Source of the DNA: Octopus bimaculoides
Lineage: Eukaryota
Assembly (NCBI RefSeq): GCF_001194135.2
Contig: NC_068991.1
Coordinates: 74,739,093 to 74,787,512 of the forward strand
Length of the DNA stretch: 48,420 bases
Reading direction: 5' to 3'
Within the stretch, counting starts at the first letter, position 1. Every line of letters begins with the position of its first letter. The position numbers and the translations under genes were made by a program. Of the stretch, positions 10,950-22,399 are shown in pieces. The notes under the pieces were generated by a model that was given only the letters and a program-made list of their open reading frames with translations, did no database searches and had not been told where the DNA came from.

Positions 10950-13186
10950 GTATATCAATAAAGGATGTAAACATCTTAACAAAAATAAATAAATGAGTGA
11001 ATACATTAATAAATATTAAAAAAGAAAAATGATACTTTCTGTGAATGGTGTCTCTTGTGATAATTGTTCTGCCCCAAATTACAGACACTTCCTTGCCACT
11101 TTTCACCATCAATATTGCAGTAAATTACTGGTTGGCTTTCTGAAAGCCTGTAACTATCGTTGCTGTTGTTCATCGATTGTGAAGGATATTTTATATCAAA
11201 ACTGCAGCGTAAACACAATATATAACAATTCATCTAGTGCATTTAGGGTATTTATAAATAAACATAGCATTACTGGGTTTTTTGATTAAGTTCCTATATA
11301 TTTTATGAATGAAACTCAGGTATAACTGCCACTTCAATTGATGGAAAAAATAATTATTTTCATGTTGAAAACCGTAATATGTACTTTTGTTCATGTAATT
11401 TCGAGAATTTTCAGCATCAAGTGAAAGCATCCTATATGGAAAATAAATTTCAAATTACAAATAACATAGGAAGAGGAATTGAATCTTTTTTTTTTTGTTT
11501 TACATTTATTAATAATGCTTCATCTATTGTAACTCTTGTGGAAAACTAGGATCACGCTTGTGATTTCAATCAGTTTCCAGATGAATTTGCTACAGATGTA
11601 GCAGTTGTGTCTAGCATCTATTGTTTTTAATCTAAACAGCCTCAATAACTGATCGTAGCTTTAACTGTAGAAATATCGAATTTATAATATTGTAGTTTTG
11701 ATGTTTTGAGATTGAAAATATCTCACCAAATTAATAGCATTTTATCATGTTTTGCAGTAGTTCATTTTGATATTTTTGATGTGTTGTCAAAACGTTAGTA
11801 TGTCTTTAATTGTTCAAGCATACACGGAAATTTAATTTGCAAATTTAAGACCAGAAATAAAGTGTATTGGTTCTCGTTTAAATCTATGGTTAACTCTGGA
11901 CTTATTATTTTCACCTTAATGCATTCTGAGCAGGGTTTTCATTTCATTCTTTCTCATACTGTATCATCTCGCCCTGTAGCTATTTTCATTATATCCTTTT
12001 GTATTCAGTCTTTTACTTTTGTAGTTATTGCTGTATTGTTTGTTGAAAAAAAAAATGGATGTCTGTGTCGTTTGTAATAAAATCAAAATATTTTCTCTTG
12101 AGCTTATATCAAATATCTTGTGTGGGTTGTTTGCTCAAAATTGCTACGACAATTCAGCATTATCAAATCTTTACACACACACACACACACACACACACAA
12201 ATATGTATAGTTGTATATATGTGCATATATATATANNNNNNNNNNNNNNNNNNNNNNNNNNNNNNNNNNNNNNNNNNNNNNNNNNNNNNNNNNNNNNNNN
12301 NNNNNNNNNNNNNNNNNNNNNNNNNNNNNNNNNNNATATATATATGTATGTATATATATGTATACATATATATATATATATATATCTTTTATCTTGTTTC
12401 AGTCATTAGATTGTGGCCATGCTGGGGCACTACCTCGAGGAATTTTTGGTTGAGCTCACCGGCCTCAGTATTTATTTTCTTTTTAAGCTTGGCATACATT
12501 CTATCAGACTCTTTTGCTGAACTGCTAAGTTAAAGGGATATAACCACACCAACACCGGCTTTTAGCAGCAAATTGTCAATGTAAGGTCACCACTTTTGTG
12601 TGAGCAATTTCCTTTGAAGACATTGGTGACTCTAAACATATTTAGACACACATATGTAAAAGTATGTATACACACACACACACACACACACACATGCATT
12701 ACACACCCATGTTGGGCTTCCATACAGTTTCCAACTGTCAATTCCAGTCCCAAGGTATTGGTCAGTCTGGAACTAGTACAAGACACTTAAGTTGTGGTGA
12801 AATGAGAATGGACTAAAGAATCACATGATTGCACAGCGAACATTTTAACATTTCTGACGTTTCTAAATAAATAAATAGATTCAATTAACGTTAGTATCTT
12901 TCAGTTGGATTTCATAATAAACACCTTAATGTCAGTCTACTCGGTTATTACTTGTCGATCAATCAGAAAACATTGAACTCTCAGAACATATTCCAATAAA
13001 ACCAAATTGATCAGAAAAACTCATCTAATGGATGATACATTTTAATTTTCTCCGAATATCTATGATTCATTTCCCGGATCACTGACCTGGTCTGGTGCTG
13101 AAGATATTTGTTTTGGAAAGTCATAGTTTCAGGCTTGCTCCTAGTGGGTGCCACCTGTGGGGAATTGTCTTTTTCTGTAGCCTTAA

Positions 13187-13408
13187 CCCTTTTGTTGCCA
13201 TATTTATTTTGAGATGCTCTGTGTTTCTTTTAATTAATTAAAAATATAACAAAGAATTTAGTAAAATAACTTCGTTATCATTAAACTAGGGTAAGGAACA
13301 TAAATTGTGACTAAGGTTTGGTGGAAGATTTTAATTCAAAATCTATGAAAGCAAGACATTTGTACTACAGAGCCAGAGGTGGTTTCAGCCAGGTTGGTAT
13401 CAAAAGGG
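13187..13408 (+). mobile_element. piggyBac-like MITE (TTAA, about 222 bp)
   Basis: TTAA|CCCTTTTGTTGCC ... GGTATCAAAAGGG|TTAA. Confidence 0.85.
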
Positions 13409-13560
13409 TTAAACACACCTCTACATTTGGGCAGATGCACATTAGAAGCAGTTGGAAGAGTGCGGATTGAAGGAAATTTAGGCTATTATTTCTAGCATAT
13501 AGAGTGACCACACTGAGGCTTCCTTCTCTTATGTCTTCTGCTGATTATTTTTCTTCTTAA

Positions 13561-13783
13561 CCCTTTTGTTACCATATTTCTGTTGAGATGCTCTGTGTTT
13601 CTTTCAATTACTTTTAAAATATAACAAAGAATTTAGTAAAATAACTTAGTTATCATTAAGCTAATGTTAGGAACATAAATTGTGACTAAGGTTTGGTGGA
13701 AGATTTTAATTCAGAAGTTATAAAAACAAAACATTTGTATTACAGAGCCAAAAGTGGTTTCGACCAGGTTGGTATTGAAAGCC
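13561..13783 (+). mobile_element. piggyBac-like MITE, same family
   Basis: TTAA|CCCTTTTGTTACC ... GGTATTGAAAGCC|TTAA, right end mutated. Confidence 0.85.
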
Positions 13784-15085
13784 TTAAGTCAACCAGAACT
13801 TTGTCAGTGAGGTTTGGTAAGCAAAGACCTTTTGGAAATCCATTGGAAGCACCACCTCTCTTTTTAGGTGTTATGCTTAAGCTATGGGCTGGCTTAAACT
13901 CACCACCTGGCCCTTGTGTGTCCTTTGTATAGTGCACTTTGTTGCAAGCATTTGGGCATAGTTTTCAATCTGAAGATAAATTTCCTTACTTCATCTCTCT
14001 GTTTTCAGAGACCCTGAAAAATTGGTCATGGCGTCGCACTGCTTCTAATAAGCAATTATAAGGAAAAGGAAAAAAAGAACAAAACAAACAAAACAAACCG
14101 AAAAATATTACCAATACCAAATTCAATCAGTTGCTTCTCTCTCCATTCTACCTTCTCTAATTGCCAACAACTGTTCTCCTGCTTTGAAGTTTCCAACTAA
14201 AATCTCTCCTCTCCCTCCATGACCCTCCTTTCATATGTCCTCTTTACTTGCCTACTTCACCTCATTTGACACTGGCAATACACGAGCTAAACAGCTGCCA
14301 TAAATCTATGTCATCACAACATCTCTGTTCTTTAATCTCTTCTGCTGATTTTTTTTTTCCTGTCTTTTAGTCTTTGTTATTCCAAGACCAACTTCTATTA
14401 AGCATGGCTGTGCAATGTAGAAGTTCACTTCCCAACCTCATGGTTTCAGGTTCAGTCCCACTATATAACACCTTGGGCAAATGTCTTCTGTTATATTAGG
14501 GGGCAGTTCCTTTTCATTTCCACAACACACTCTCATCTTGGGCCTTTCTTTTACTGTCATTTTTTCCGAACCCATCATCTATCAATAATCATCATTTGCC
14601 TCACTTTCCAATCACAAAACTAATTCTGGAACATTCTGTCTGCTTAGGGGACAAATTAGCTGAGTCATTAGAGTATCAGACAGAATGTCTTCTAGCATTT
14701 GTTCTGATTCCCAGAGTTCAAATCCTGCTGAGGTTAACATTGCCTTCTATCCATTCAGGGTCAGTCAATAGGTGCCAGTCTAGAACAATGGATTGGCTGA
14801 ACAGTAAGAATGTCTGACCAATTGCTTTCCAGTATTTTTTGTGGGTCTCTGATTCCTAAGTTCAAGTCCTACCTGGGTGGTGGACTGGACTTAATTCATC
14901 ACTCAATTTAACGCCATTACCCAACACCATTGATGTCTTTAATAGAGTTCTCTCCATTGTAAGCACTAAAGCCCGATTTCTGGTTTGAAAATACCTTCCT
15001 TCTTTGCTCCATAAGTATTGGAGGCCCAATACTTGTGGAGCATGTACCCATAATAAAAAAAAAAATATTACCCAGATAACCTATT

Positions 15086-15442
15086 TCATCATCATCATCA
15101 TCATCATCATCGGTGTCGTTTAACGTCCGCTTTCTATACTGGCATGGGTTGGACGGTTTGACTGAGGACTGGTGAGCCAGAAGGCTGCACCAGGTTCCAA
15201 TCTGATCTTCTGATCTAGCAAAGTTTCTACAACTGGATGCCCTTCCTAATGCCAACCACTCCGAGAGTGTAGTGAGTGCTTTTTGCGTGCCACCAGCACG
15301 AGGGCTAGTCAGGCAGTATTGGCATTGACCATGCTGAAACGGTGCTTTTTACGTGCCGCCGGCACAGGAACCAGCCAGGTGGCACTGGCAACAATCATGC
15401 TCGAATGGTGTTTTTTATGTGCCACCGACACAGGAGCCAGTT
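15086..15442 (-). mobile_element. RTE LINE 3' UTR fragment
   Basis: (CAT)n followed by tttaacgtccgc...ggatgcccttcctaatgccaacc...gtgcttttt. Confidence 0.75.
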
Positions 15443-15537
15443 CAGTTAAAGATTATTATCTATACCATCTTCATCCAACTGTCAGACTTTCCAAGTTCAC
15501 AAATCTGTGCTCTTTCTTTGTTTTAATAAACTGAGTA

Positions 15538-15895
15538 CAGAAATCCCTTGCAATACCACGGCTCACCTATCGTGGTTTACCTATCGTGGTTTACCTATTG
15601 TGGTTTACCTATCGGGGTTCACCTATCGGGGTTCACCTGTCGTGGTTCACCTACCATGGTTCATCTGTCGCGGTTCACATACCATGGTTCACCTATCGTG
15701 GTTCACCTATCTCAGTTTATTATTTAAGCTTAGGTCGATTCCTCTGTGGTGCTGTTTTATATTTATAATAAAAAAAATATATACAAATTATAAAAATAAT
15801 TAAAAAAAATATGCAGTTCTGTTTCTACTTCATGGATTTTCACCTATCGCAGGGGGTTTTGGAATGTAATACCTGTAATAGTGGAGGAGTTACTG
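15538..15895 (+). mobile_element. Tigger/pogo-like MITE with internal minisatellite
   Basis: Left end TA|CAGAAATCCCTTGCAATACCACGG. Right end reads CAGTAACTCCTCCACTATTAC on the minus strand. Homologous to 1288-1450. Confidence 0.75.
15557..15710 (+). repeat. 14-bp minisatellite, 11 copies (consensus CGTGGTTCACCTAT)
   Basis: Units read directly: cacggctcacctat, cgtggtttacctat, cgtggtttacctat, tgtggtttacctat, cggggttcacctat, cggggttcacctgt and five more. Confidence 0.92.
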
Positions 15896-15994
15896 TGCAT
15901 CTCTACCATGTTTACTGAAACTCTTGAAGATTTCTATGTTTTTGAATTTTAATTTCTAATTTTGTATTTTTTTTTTTGATATTTTTTCTTGCAG

Positions 15995-16176
15995 TTTAGA
16001 GATGCTTGATAAGATTGAACCGCCACCGATATCTGAAGGCTATGGGCTGTCTCTCGCATTCCATTGCTTAATGGAAATCGTGAAAAGTGTGCAGTTTCTG
16101 ATCGAAGGAGCTGAAGCTGATGATGGGAAAGAAGAAATGGTTGAATGTAAGAAAGCCCCGGCTAATGCTGTGGAAG
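15995..16176 (+). CDS. MON2: MON2 homolog, internal coding exon
   Basis: Acceptor ttttcttgcAG ends at 15994 and donor aagGTaaga starts at 16177. Translates [61 protein letters not shown], resembling MON2 [30 protein letters not shown]. Phase 2 to 1. Confidence 0.95.
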
Positions 16177-16517
16177 GTAAGAAGAAAAGGGAGAGAAGGA
16201 GAGAGAGAGAGAGAGGGGGAGAGAGGAGAGAGAGAGAGAGGGAGAAGAGATAGAAGAGATAGTGAGAGGAGAGAGAAGAGAGAGAAATTGAGAGAGAGAT
16301 TGAGAGAGAGATTGAAAGGGAGAGAGAAATAGAGATTGAGAGATATAGAGATAGATAGTGAGGGAGAGAGTGAGAAGAAAGAGGAGAGAGAGAGGGAGAA
16401 GAAATAGAAGAGATAGTGAGTGGAGAGAGAAGAGAGAGACTGAGAGAGAGAGAAATTGAGAGAGAGATTGAAATGAAGAGAGATTGAAGAAGAGGGAGAA
16501 AGAAGAAAATAAGAAAA
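16177..16517 (+). repeat. Polypurine (GA)-rich low-complexity tract
   Basis: Almost only A and G for about 340 nt right after the exon donor, with an internal duplicated unit of roughly 150-180 nt. Confidence 0.9.
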
Positions 16518-17469
16518 AATCCTTATTTTTTTTACATTTTTAGAATTTCCAAATGCCTAGCGTTGTTTCCTTTATAGTCTCTTGTAAAAACCAACCTGCT
16601 TTCGACGTCCCATGCTAAAAGTGTTCATATTTAAAGGAAAATCTTGAACTTAATCTAATTAACACTTTCATGATTATATTTCTGATGCGACACCCCTCCC
16701 CGCTGCCTCCACTACTGCAATGGGTTTCAATTAATTTTCAAAAATAATTAAGAATTTGGAAGGATTTAGTAAACTAACTGACTTGATTACTACTAAGCTG
16801 GTCTTTGGATCATAATTTTACAAAGAAAAACAAAAAAAAAAGGCTCTTATATAAAATTGTTGTCAAGTTCTAATTTAAAATATGAACGTTTTTAAAGCAA
16901 GAACTTTTTGTATAAAAAAAAAATGAAAAGAGGTGTTCTTTAAGTAAAGATGGTGGTGGGGGCATTGGTGACGGTAGCGGTGGTGACAGTGGTGGTGGTG
17001 GCAGTGGTGGTAGTGGTGTTGGTGGCGGTGGGGTTAGTTAGTTCTCAAATCGGTTAAAAGAAGACTGATCGTATGAGATTAAGGCTGGTCAACTTGAGCA
17101 TAATAAAGCATCGTAAATAAAGTTTGAGATATTTTCTCAAACCTCTCCAAGATCTTGGAGCATTTTGAAAATTAATCGAACCACTTTGGTTGTCGACTCA
17201 TTCGAAATATTACACTTGCGTGCTCAAAGCCGGGAGTTTCTTTTTCTGACACTGCTACTACTCACATCGAGCGCTTATAGTTTTTGTTTCTGCACTAAAA
17301 CCACCACCACCACCACCACCACCATCATCACCGTCATCATCAGGATTTTATGTCTGATTGTCTTTCTGAGGCAATGTTTTTTTTCATGATTGGATGCTCT
17401 TCCTCTTGTCAAACATTTAAGTCACCTCTTATGACACCCAGAAATGTTGTAATCCTATTCTAAAACCAG

Positions 17470-17641
17470 AATACACACAGCAGGTTAATTACATTATTTA
17501 CATTATTTACATTTGACAGATATTTTTCCTCATCTTGTTTGTTGTTAACACAACGTTTCGGCCGATATACCCTCCAGCTTTCATATGGTATCTTGGGGAA
17601 ATTTCAAACCTGAGTTCTCATTCCTACGGTATTTTTCAATG

Positions 17642-17675
<34 letters not shown>

Positions 17676-17860
17676 CATTATTCAGGTCACTGCCTGGTAT
17701 GAACTCGGTTAGTAGCCTGCGCTTTTAACCACCACACCCACGGGCATATGGCATAGTGGTTAAGAGTGCAGGCTACCAACCCCAAGATTCCGAGTTCGAT
17801 TCCAGGCAGTGACCTGAATAATAATAATAATAATAATAATGATAATAATAATAACAACAA
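17470..17860 (-). mobile_element. Composite palindromic element: tRNA-like head, (AAT)n, and Penelope-type hammerhead tail
   Basis: Head-to-head tRNA-like arms at 17645-17732 and 17756-17853, with box A TGGCATAGTGG and box B GAGTTCGATTCC. A hammerhead-like fold lies on the minus strand at 17547-17592. Confidence 0.6.
17547..17592 (-). ncRNA. Degenerate minimal hammerhead ribozyme fold
   Basis: Minus strand GAUAC-CAUAUGA-A-AGCUG-GAGGGUAUAU-CGGCC-GAAACGUU-GUGUU. Helix I and helix II can pair, AACGUU is palindromic, and the core has two substitutions relative to CUGAUGA. Confidence 0.5.
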
Positions 17861-17980
17861 CAACAGAAGACACTTGCCCAAGGTGCCATGCAGTGGGACT
17901 GAACCCAGAACAGTGTGGTTGGGAACCAAGCTTCTTACCACGCAGCCACCCCCGCACCTGTATATATATATATATATATG

Positions 17981-18123
17981 TTGGCGTTAGGAAGGGCATC
18001 CAGCTGTAGAAACTCTGCCAAATCAGATTGGAGCCTGGTGTAGCCATCTGGTTCACCAGTCCTCAGTCAAATCATCCAACCCATGCTAGCATGGAAAGCA
18101 GACGTTAAACGATGATGATGATG
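17981..18123 (+). mobile_element. RTE LINE 3' end fragment
   Basis: ttggcgttaggaagggcatccagctgtag...gacgttaaacgatgatgatg. Confidence 0.75.
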
Positions 18124-18694
18124 ATATATATCTGTGTATGTATGTATGTATGTATGTATATGTGCAAGGTTGGAAGAAATGGAGAGTGGTGTAATCGTAT
18201 GAACAAAGGCATAAATGATGAAAAGAAAGAAAAGAGAAAGAAAAGAGAAAGACAAAAGAAGATATGATCTTTTAATATGCTGCTATATGAATGGCTATCA
18301 GCTGCATAGATTCAGGAAAGACATTATTAATGTCTTTAAAGATTTTAACCTAAGAATTCCATTTAGTACCTTTGCCAGCTTTATTAGTTTCTGTAGATAT
18401 CTTAGACATGAATGTTAAGTGGTATTACCCTTGGAGGAAATATAATGAAAATTTGCTACTTAATGATAAGTTTCTCATACACCTTCATAGTCTTGGTAAA
18501 TTTGGTAATATTAGCAAGAATTTATAGGTTCAGGCATCGCTGTGTGGCTAAGAAGATGGCTTTTCAACTATGTTATTTCTCGTTCAATGCTGGGGTGTAG
18601 CACCTTGCACGTGAGGTTATTTACTAGATTCCCATGTTGACCAAAGCCTTGTGAGTGAATTTCAGAGATGGAAACTGAAAAGAAGCCCATTTTA

Positions 18695-18751
<57 letters not shown>

Positions 18752-19205
18752 ATGTATACACACACACAGTGCAGGCATGGCTATGTGGTAAGAAGTTTGC
18801 TTCTCAACCACATGGTTTTGGGTTCAGTCCTACTGTGTAGCACCTTGGGCAAGTGTCTTCTACTGTAGCCTCCAGCTGGCCAAGGCCTTGTGAGTGGATT
18901 TGGTAGACAGAAACTGAAAGAAGCCTGTTGTATATATCTCTGTGTGTGTGTGTGTGTGTGTGTGCATGTCACCTTGCCTTGACATCATTCACTGTCATAC
19001 ATATGGTGTTTGTTTGCAGTCTTGTGTGAAGAATCTGTCTTGACTAGACGAAAATATCACTTTGCTCAGAAGCAGGTGAGGGTTGGCACCAGGAAGAGCA
19101 TCCAGTCAAAGAAAATTTGTCCACGTTAAAAATGATGACAGATAATGCTGTGTCTCGTATTTCATATGACTAACCATGTCTCACAATATTACAATAGTGT
19201 CTTAA

Positions 19206-19427
19206 CCCTCTTGATACCAACCCGCCTGAAACTGTCTCTGGCTTTGTAGTACAAATGGCTTGTTTTCATAAGTTTTGAATTAAAATCTTCCACCAAACCG
19301 TAGTCACAATTAATGTTCCTAACACTATTTTAATGATAACTAAGTTATTTTACTAAATTCTTTGTTAAATTTAAAATTAATTGAAAGAAACACAGAGCAT
19401 CTCAAAATAAATGCAGTAATGAAAGGG
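19206..19427 (-). mobile_element. piggyBac-like MITE, same family as 13187, inverted
   Basis: TTAA|CCCTCTTGATACC ... GTAATGAAAGGG|TTAA. Confidence 0.85.
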
Positions 19428-19699
19428 TTAAAAGAGGCTGATTATTTCATGATGCCACAAGGTGCAGGTATGGCTGTGTGGTTGAGGAGTTTGCTTCTTG
19501 ACCCTGTGACCTCAGGTTCAGTCTGCCAGTGTGGCACAAGCTGCAGACATGGTTCTGTAGTTGAGAAATTTACTTCTCATCCATGTGATTTCAGGTTCTA
19601 TCCTACTGCAGAGCAATTTAGGCAAGTGTCTCCTACAATACTCCTGGTTTGAACAGTGCTTTATGTGTGAATTTGGGAAACAGAGACTGTACAGAGACA

Positions 19700-19734
<35 letters not shown>

Positions 19735-20396
19735 ATGCACGGGAAAGTGCTGAGCTATAAACAGTTCCAGATGTGATGCACTTTTGAAACTGTGTGGAAT
19801 AAAAGAAAATATCCCTTACTTGTAAAACGGGTAAGAGTTATAGTAAAGATTGTTTGCCAACACAACACGGCAGTCCTGGTTTAGGAGGAATGCTGCTGTA
19901 ATTTAGCCCCAGGAGATGATGATGAAGATGATTACGATGATGATTGTGTGTGTGTGTTTGTGTGCATGTGAGAGGTGCTTGGCATAATAGTTATGGTGTT
20001 GAGGTCATAATTACAAGAATGTGGATTCAACACCCAAACTGGATTGCGTGTTATGTTGTCAGGCGAAGCACTTCATTTGACGTCACCGCAGTGTACTCAA
20101 CTGCGAACAAGTACCAACTCAGTGCAACTGTCACATCAGAATTGTTCGACTGGTTCAACTTTTGGAAGGTTGAAAGGAGGTCCACGTTGTTTGAGCATTT
20201 AGAATAATTAGCGAAGGTACGGTTGGTGGAATGCTCTCAGTTTTCTCTTCTTTGTGAATGACAGGTATGGCTAGGCATTTGAATATACATGCACTTTATT
20301 ATATTTGTGTGTGTGTTTGTGTGTGTTTGTATTTACATGTATATTTGTCCAACCCATGCCAACGTGGAAAATGGACATTAAATGATGATGGTGTTA

Positions 20397-20553
20397 AGGA
20401 GTGGCTGTGTGGTAAGTAGCTTGCTTACCAACCACATGGTTCTGGGTTCAGTCCCACTGCGTGGCAACTTGGGCAAGTGTCTTCTATTATAGCCTCGGGC
20501 CGACCAAAGCCTTGTGAGTGGATTTGGTAGACGGAAACTGAAAGAAGCCCATC

Positions 20554-20603
<50 letters not shown>

Positions 20604-20812
20604 GTATGTGTGTCTGTGTTTGTCCTCCAACATCGCTTGACAACCGATGCTGGTGTGTTTACCTCCACGTAACTTTGCGGTTCGGCAAAAGAGACTGATA
20701 GAATAAGTACTAAGCTTACAAAGAATAAGTCCTGGGGTCAGTTTATTTGACTAAAGGCGGTGCTCCAGCATGGCCACAGTCAAATGACTGAAACAAGTAA
20801 AAGAGTAAAGAG
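20397..20812 (+). mobile_element. Full-length tRNA-derived SINE with internal (TA/TG)n
   Basis: Box A-like tggctgtgtggtaag, box B-like gggttcagtccc, body and AAGAGT tail. Many partial copies occur, for example about 6265-6446, 12385-12850, 18770-19130, 22400-22560, 26040-26225, 32790-32950, 36560-36735 and 46390-46530. Confidence 0.8.
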
Positions 20813-22350
20813 TATATATGTTACATATACACATACGCACATTTACATTTATTTGTAATATGATCATATAATACACACGTCTATACTCACACATTCTCAC
20901 ACACAAAGACACGCTTATGTACACTCACAGACACATCTTCTGCATACACCATTTCATCTGTAGTTGGTAAATGCTTAAAACTTCTAAAAAAAAAAATTAA
21001 TATTCATCTCGAGATATGTTTAGAGATAATTCCTTTAATAATAATTTTCATATTTTCTGTTTCTTGTCTGCATAATTAGTTTTAGTTAATAAAACAAAAA
21101 AATCTATATCGTCTGTGTGTGTGTTAAATGGGATATAACAGTATTGCTCTTGGCCGTGATTTGATCTCTGACATGTGAACTAAGCGCTTGTAATATTCAC
21201 TGTCAAAGTGTTGAACAGTCTTTGTCATTTGCTCATTACCCTTCGGAAACAATGTAACTTTTAATTTAGAGTAGCTTGTGTTATCTCGTCTGCAATCGGC
21301 CTGATTGAGCGAACCTATGATCTGTGACATTCCAACTGTGCTTATCCTGTCTTTTCAAAAGTGTCTGAAAGAACACATCTATGTTCTCTATATAGAACTA
21401 TATTCTTTAACATGTCTTCTTTAAGTATATGGTTGTGAAAATGTGATTTAGGGAGAGATTTTGATTGCTTTTTCATGCAGATCAAAGGGATCACATAGGC
21501 TGGACCGTTTTTAGTCTATCTCATGAGCTGTGGTACACTTGTGTGCCACAGCACACCTATGTGCAACATATGGCCCATTATGTACCACACAATTCTGCAG
21601 CAAGGAAAATACCAGAAGACTTGTCTGCCATAGAAGAACTGATATCTTAAACCCCCTTGGGGGTTTAAGATAGCTGAAGGAAATAAATCAAGAATTATTA
21701 ATTATGTAAAGAAAATCTTTAAAAAACCCAGAATGACACAAACCTTATGAAAGCTTTTGTGTTGTGTTAAGCACTTTTTGCTCTTTCCAGCTTTTCCAAT
21801 GCACGTTCTACAACATAACTCATATAGAGGTTACTTTTAGTAAAAGTGCTGACTGTTTCCAGTTTAGTTTTGGATTTAGAATTCTTGTAAAATATCATTT
21901 GTTTGTTTTTTGTACTTCCTTTTTCTTCATTTGTTTTAAGAAAAAGGTATATTTTGAATTTTCCATTTGCACAAACATCTACATTTTCACTACATTTCTA
22001 AGACATGGATCTTTGATTTGTTGTTTATGTATCCTAACCCGGCATTAATTTTGATCCTATTTGGCTGATAATACTTCACATTGCATTGTGGGTATGTGGC
22101 CTTGTGGTTTGGGTGTTGCACTCACGATGGTGAGATCATGATTTTTCATTCCCAAACTGGATTTTGTATTGTGTTCTTGAGCAAAGCACTCGTGTTGCTC
22201 TGTGGCACATCATGCCCCTGTACAGGAAGTGTTGAGTTGTTGGAGGGAGTAAGCTAATGTACAGCACAAACATTTGGTCTGACAAACAAATCATCTGTGC
22301 AGATCATTGTTTACAACAGAAGAGTCCACACAACACAGATGCACATGCGC

Positions 22351-22399
<49 letters not shown>

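Noticed and set aside
15557-15710. CRISPR-like regular array
   Set aside because: Contiguous 14-bp units with no unique spacers, inside a eukaryotic MITE.
17742-17815. Possible tRNA gene (also 9354-9425)
   Set aside because: A and B boxes are present, but the acceptor and anticodon stems do not close properly and the sequences continue into repeat bodies, so they are SINE heads.
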